Assembly (NCBI GenBank): GCA_965228895.1
Contig: OZ245842.1
Location: forward strand, 352,001-416,000
Origin: Alphaproteobacteria bacterium
GTDB lineage: Bacteria; Pseudomonadota; Alphaproteobacteria; SP197
DNA length: 64,000 nt
Reading direction: 5' to 3'
Part shown: positions 59,963-64,000 of the stretch, one piece after another
Layout of the letters: each line of letters opens with the position of its first letter
Numbering within the stretch: position 1 is the stretch's first letter
Made by a program: the position numbers and the translations under genes
The notes under the pieces: generated by a model
Seen by the model: only the letters and a program-made list of their open reading frames with translations
Database searches by the model: none
What the model was told of the DNA's origin: nothing

Positions 59963-61402
59963 TCAGGCAGTAGAAACGTGAATCGCCGGCACACGATCAC
60001 GCCAAGGCTTGGCTTCCTCCAGGTTCTTGGCCAAGGCGAGGAGAACATCGTCCTCACCGAGGCGGCTGACAAACTGGACACCTATGGGAAGGCCATGCTG
60101 AGATGTACATAGCGGCAGGGAGATCGCCGGCTGGCCCGTCGCGTTGAACAGTGCCGTGAAGGTTTCGTGGGGCCCCAACTGGTCGAACATCGTATCCACA
60201 GTCGCGTCAGGTACGTCCGGATCGTACGTGCCGAGTGTCTTTGGTGCGATCGTACATGTCGGCGTCAACAGGACATCGTGGTCCTTAAGGAAAGAACTGG
60301 CTCGGCGTGCGGCGAGATCATAGTGCGCGATTGCGTCGATGAATTGCACTGCCGAGACTTCGCGCCCTGCGACATAGGTGGCCCAGGTCGTGGTCTGGAG
60401 GTTGTGTTCGCTTGGTTTGCGTCCGGTGGCGCGGGCGATGTGCGTGACACCGTGCGCCGTGTAGGCAGACCAGATGAGCTTCTGCGCCGCCAGATAAGGT
60501 TCGTAGTCGATTCTCGGCGCCACTTCGTCGACCAAATGGCCGAGATCGGCGCATAGCTCGGCCACCATGCGCACGGCGTCAGCAACGTCGCCGTCGACGG
60601 GAAGACCGGACCATGCCGTCGTCGTGAAGCCGATGCGCAAGCGCGATGGAGGACGTTCGATTGCCTTGGCATAGGCGTTCGCCGGCGCCGCAATCTCGTA
60701 GGGGTCGCCCAAATCGGGTCCGGCGACCGCGTCAAGCAGCACGGCGCAATCGCGCACGGATCGCGTCAGTGCAAAGCTCGACACCAGGCCGCTGAAGGAG
60801 TCGGCGTCGCCCGGCGCTGTGACGCGGCCGCGCGTCGGCTTGAGGCCTACCAGACCGCAGAACGAGGCGGGCATCCTGATGGAGCCGCCACCATCGCTGC
60901 CGCTAGCGATGGGTACTGCGCCGGCGGCGACAATCGCGGCGCTGCCGCCACTGGAGCCGGCCGCCGAACAGGTGAGGTCCCATGGATTGCACGTACGCCC
61001 GGTCAGGCGGTTCTCAGTCGCGGCGGCGATGGCCAGTTCTGACGTCGTCGTCCGTCCCAGGTTCACCAGACCCACCGCCCTGAAGCGTTGCATGAGGGTT
61101 GTGTCCTGGTCGGCCCGCAGGCCCTCGGCCAGTTCGCATCCCATTTCCGCGAGAACACCCGCTTCCGCCGGAAAATCCTTCACGAGCATGGGTACACCAC
61201 GAAATGGCCCCTTCGGTGGAGCGTTCACCGCTGCGGTTTCGAGACGATCGGCAAATGTCTCGATGACGGCATTCAGTTGCGGATTGACGCGTTCGATGGC
61301 TGACAGTGCGAGTTCGCACAGCTCCAGCGATGTGACCTCCTTGCTGCGAGTAAGCTCAGCCAAGGCCAAACCATCTAAGCGTGCATATTCCTCAGGACTC
61401 AT
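59963..61402 (-). CDS. Amidase signature family enzyme
   Basis: GVPMLVKD, GSSGGSAA, SDGGGSIRMPASFCGLVGLKP; start taken at ATG 61402. Confidence 0.92.
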   Translation of the reverse strand: MSPEEYARLDGLALAELTRSKEVTSLELCELALSAIERVNPQLNAVIETFADRLETAAVNAPPKGPFRGVPMLVKDFPAEAGVLAEMGCELAEGLRADQDTTLMQRFRAVGLVNLGRTTTSELAIAAATENRLTGRTCNPWDLTCSAAGSSGGSAAIVAAGAVPIASGSDGGGSIRMPASFCGLVGLKPTRGRVTAPGDADSFSGLVSSFALTRSVRDCAVLLDAVAGPDLGDPYEIAAPANAYAKAIERPPSRLRIGFTTTAWSGLPVDGDVADAVRMVAELCADLGHLVDEVAPRIDYEPYLAAQKLIWSAYTAHGVTHIARATGRKPSEHNLQTTTWATYVAGREVSAVQFIDAIAHYDLAARRASSFLKDHDVLLTPTCTIAPKTLGTYDPDVPDATVDTMFDQLGPHETFTALFNATGQPAISLPLCTSQHGLPIGVQFVSRLGEDDVLLALAKNLEEAKPWRDRVPAIHVSTA

Positions 61403-61704
61403 GACAAACGCTTCCGGTCCCTGACGTGAAGGCATGCAAGAGGCGGCCAATCTTGGCGCCAGGTACACTGTAACACTGAATACTCGGCGGGTAGGTCGGC
61501 TAAGTCGATGGCCGCATGTATTGGTCCCAATGTTGGATCATGCAGCGCGTGTATGACTTCGGTGCCTTGCCTTGCCGGTTGGCTATCGCCTAGGCTCTCG
61601 TGAGAGCTACGGAAACGTAGCGGATCCACGAGATCCCATTGTGGCGATCGGGGCATAGGTTCTGATCTCGACAGGCGAGATGGGTGCGTGGTTGGGGGGC
61701 GATC

Positions 61705-62622
61705 TTGAGTCAAGTCTCGACAGTTCATTCCGCGTCGACCAGGACATTCATCTGGGTCTGCATGGGCCCCGTTATCGTCTTCCTGATCATTGTCGCGGTA
61801 GCGCCCGTCACGCTCGCCATCATCGACAGCTTCCGTGAATTATCGCTGACGTCGATCACCAAGCGCGGTCAGTTTGTCGGCCTCGACAACTACCGTGACC
61901 TCATTGGATCGGACGGCAGCTTTTATGAGTCGGTCGCCCATACCGCGATCTTCATGATCGTTGTCGTGCCGATTGAGTTCGCGCTTGGTTTACTGATAGC
62001 GCTTTGGATCAACCGCGAGTTCGCCGGGCGGCGCCTGGTACTGACGATCCTGATGATACCGACCATGATCGCGCCTGTTGTCGTGGGCATGATCTGGCGG
62101 TTCTTCCTGTTGCCGAGCTTCGGGATCCTGACGGTTTACTTGAATCGCCTGGGTTTTTTCGAAGAGACGAGCGTGTTCTCCGGGCCCGTGACGGCGTTTG
62201 CCGCCTTGATGTTGATCGACATCTGGGAATGGACGCCGTTCATCATGCTGATCATGCTGGCCGGCCTCACAGCGCTGCCCAAGCCGCCTATCGAGGCGGC
62301 AACGATTGATGGCGCGTCGCGCTGGCAGATCTTCCGCCACATCCAGTTCCCGCTGTTGATGCCGCTGATCATCGTCGCCGTTATGTTGCGCGCGATCGAC
62401 GCCAGTAAGATATTCGACACAATCTATGTCCTGACCGGCGGCGGCCCCGGCAACGCGACCGAGGTGATCTCGACATTCGCCTACCGCACGAACTTCGTCC
62501 GTTGGGACCTCGGCTATGGGGCAGCGGTTTGCCTGGTCCTCGCCTTCGCATCCCTAATTGTCGCGGCGATCTTCTTCAAGACCGTGAGCGGCAAATCGGC
62601 GCCGGCGGAGAAGACAACATGA
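61705..62622 (+). CDS. Carbohydrate ABC permease (MalF/UgpA-like)
   Basis: FVGLDNY, DIWEWTPF, EAATIDGA; start uncertain. Confidence 0.88.
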   Translation: MSQVSTVHSASTRTFIWVCMGPVIVFLIIVAVAPVTLAIIDSFRELSLTSITKRGQFVGLDNYRDLIGSDGSFYESVAHTAIFMIVVVPIEFALGLLIALWINREFAGRRLVLTILMIPTMIAPVVVGMIWRFFLLPSFGILTVYLNRLGFFEETSVFSGPVTAFAALMLIDIWEWTPFIMLIMLAGLTALPKPPIEAATIDGASRWQIFRHIQFPLLMPLIIVAVMLRAIDASKIFDTIYVLTGGGPGNATEVISTFAYRTNFVRWDLGYGAAVCLVLAFASLIVAAIFFKTVSGKSAPAEKTT

Positions 62623-63434
62623 CCCGGCGCAGCGTCGTTGGCTTTGCCTTGCCACTCGTCGTCTTGCTGGCGGTGGCCTTGCTGCCTTACATCTGGATGT
62701 TGCTTGCCAGCTTCAAGACGCGCAGTGACCTGATCTCTCCGACACCGAAGTGGATTTTCGATCCGACCGGGATCAATTACGCTGAGATCTACTCCAAGGG
62801 TTTTGACGGGTACCTGCTTAACTCGATCATAATCGGGTTTTCGAGTACCGCGCTGACCGTCGTCATCGGGACCCTGGCGGCCTACGGGTTTTCGCGATTC
62901 AAGATCCCGGCCGGGAATCACTTGTTCTTCTACATCCTGGCGACAAGGCTCGGGCCGCCGGTCGCTTATGCCTTGCCGATGTATCTGATCTTCAACCAGC
63001 TCGGCCTGATCAACACCTATGCCGGTGTCATCATGGCCCATGCCACGTTCAACCTGGTGCTGGTGGTCTGGATGATGCGGTCGTTCTTCGATGACGTGCC
63101 GCGTGAGATCGAGGAAGCCGCGTATCTAGACGGCTGCGGGCACTTCCGTGTGCTCTGGCGGATCACGCTGCCGATGACTTTTCCGGGTCTTGTCGCGGTC
63201 TCAATCTTCGTCTTGATCTTCTCATGGAACGAGCTCTTGTTCGCTCTCATCCTGACCGGCGGCGAAACCCGGCCGCTAACGGTGGTCATTCCGTCACTGG
63301 TTCTCCATACCGGCACGCAGTGGGGTCAGGTCGCGGCGGCGTCTGTTGTTCAGAGCATCCCGGTGCTCGTGTTCATCTTCTTCATTCAAAAGCAACTTGT
63401 TCAGGGACTGACCTTTGGCGCTGTCAAAGGATAG
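62619..63434 (+). CDS. Carbohydrate ABC permease (MalG/UgpE-like)
   Basis: EEAAYLDG, FSWNE, QGLTFGAVKG. Confidence 0.9.
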   Translation: MTRRSVVGFALPLVVLLAVALLPYIWMLLASFKTRSDLISPTPKWIFDPTGINYAEIYSKGFDGYLLNSIIIGFSSTALTVVIGTLAAYGFSRFKIPAGNHLFFYILATRLGPPVAYALPMYLIFNQLGLINTYAGVIMAHATFNLVLVVWMMRSFFDDVPREIEEAAYLDGCGHFRVLWRITLPMTFPGLVAVSIFVLIFSWNELLFALILTGGETRPLTVVIPSLVLHTGTQWGQVAAASVVQSIPVLVFIFFIQKQLVQGLTFGAVKG

Positions 63435-63452
63435 CAGCGACGGCCGGCGGCC

Positions 63453-64000
63453 TCATATCGAACGCAGGCGTTTTCCCGACGCGGCGTCAAACGCCAGAAT
63501 CTTGTCGGGTTTGGCCCGCATGCGGATCCTATCGCCGTAGCGTACGGCATCGTTGCGCGTGACCTTAGCCGTAATCGGTGGGCCTGCAGTCGCCAGTTCC
63601 AGAATCGTATCGGCCCCGAGGTGCTCGACAGCTTCGACGTTGCCCTCGATGGCAATGCCGCCGTCTTCGCCGTCGAGGCTTAGGTGTTCCGGACGTATGC
63701 CAATCACCACGGGACCGCCGGCCGCGGCCGAATGCTCAATGGGAAGGCCGATCTCGAGGTTGCTGGACTTGAACTTCGTTTCGCTGCCGTTCTGTTCGAC
63801 CGTGCCGTCGATCATGTTCATTGTCGGGCTACCGATGAAGCCGGCGACAAACGTGTCATCGGGATCGTCATAGACATCAAGCGGCGTGCCGACCTGCCGG
63901 ATGCCACCCTCGTGCATCACCACGATCCTGTCGCCCATGGTCATCGCCTCGATCTGATCGTGGGTCACGTAAATCATGGTGGTGTCGAGGCGATGGTGGA
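63453..64000 (-). CDS. Carbohydrate ABC ATP-binding protein (MalK/UgpC-like), 5' end outside the window
   Basis: YVTHDQIEAMTMGDRI, FVAGFIGSP, GIRPEH. Confidence 0.9.
   Translation of the reverse strand, partial: HHRLDTTMIYVTHDQIEAMTMGDRIVVMHEGGIRQVGTPLDVYDDPDDTFVAGFIGSPTMNMIDGTVEQNGSETKFKSSNLEIGLPIEHSAAAGGPVVIGIRPEHLSLDGEDGGIAIEGNVEAVEHLGADTILELATAGPPITAKVTRNDAVRYGDRIRMRAKPDKILAFDAASGKRLRSI

Overview
A 64-kb accessory catabolic region, probably from an alphaproteobacterium (inferred from the gene set and IS types; not verified). It holds an aerobic benzoyl-CoA cluster (boxCBA, boxR, benzoate-CoA ligase), an acetoin-dehydrogenase/sugar-ABC module and an isolated pdxJ. It also holds a large methylated-amine-type arsenal: seven Rieske oxygenase alpha subunits with no partner reductase in the window, a TMADH/histamine-dehydrogenase-like flavoprotein, two tandem OYE-type flavoproteins, a TauD-like dioxygenase, a molybdoenzyme, GFA proteins, an N-methyltransferase, an amidase and three orphan substrate-binding proteins. 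The main non-coding signal is five co-oriented 28-bp dif-like (XerC/XerD-type) sites at about 14.7, 29.8, 31.0, 47.8 and 50.6 kb. They fall at functional module boundaries, and two are preceded by a shared ~240-bp element with 21-bp-periodic TTCCCTG boxes. This suggests a Xer-assembled cassette array of catabolic modules. No rRNA, intact tRNA, CRISPR array or intact integrase/transposase was seen. All calls are by motif recognition; no database search was run.
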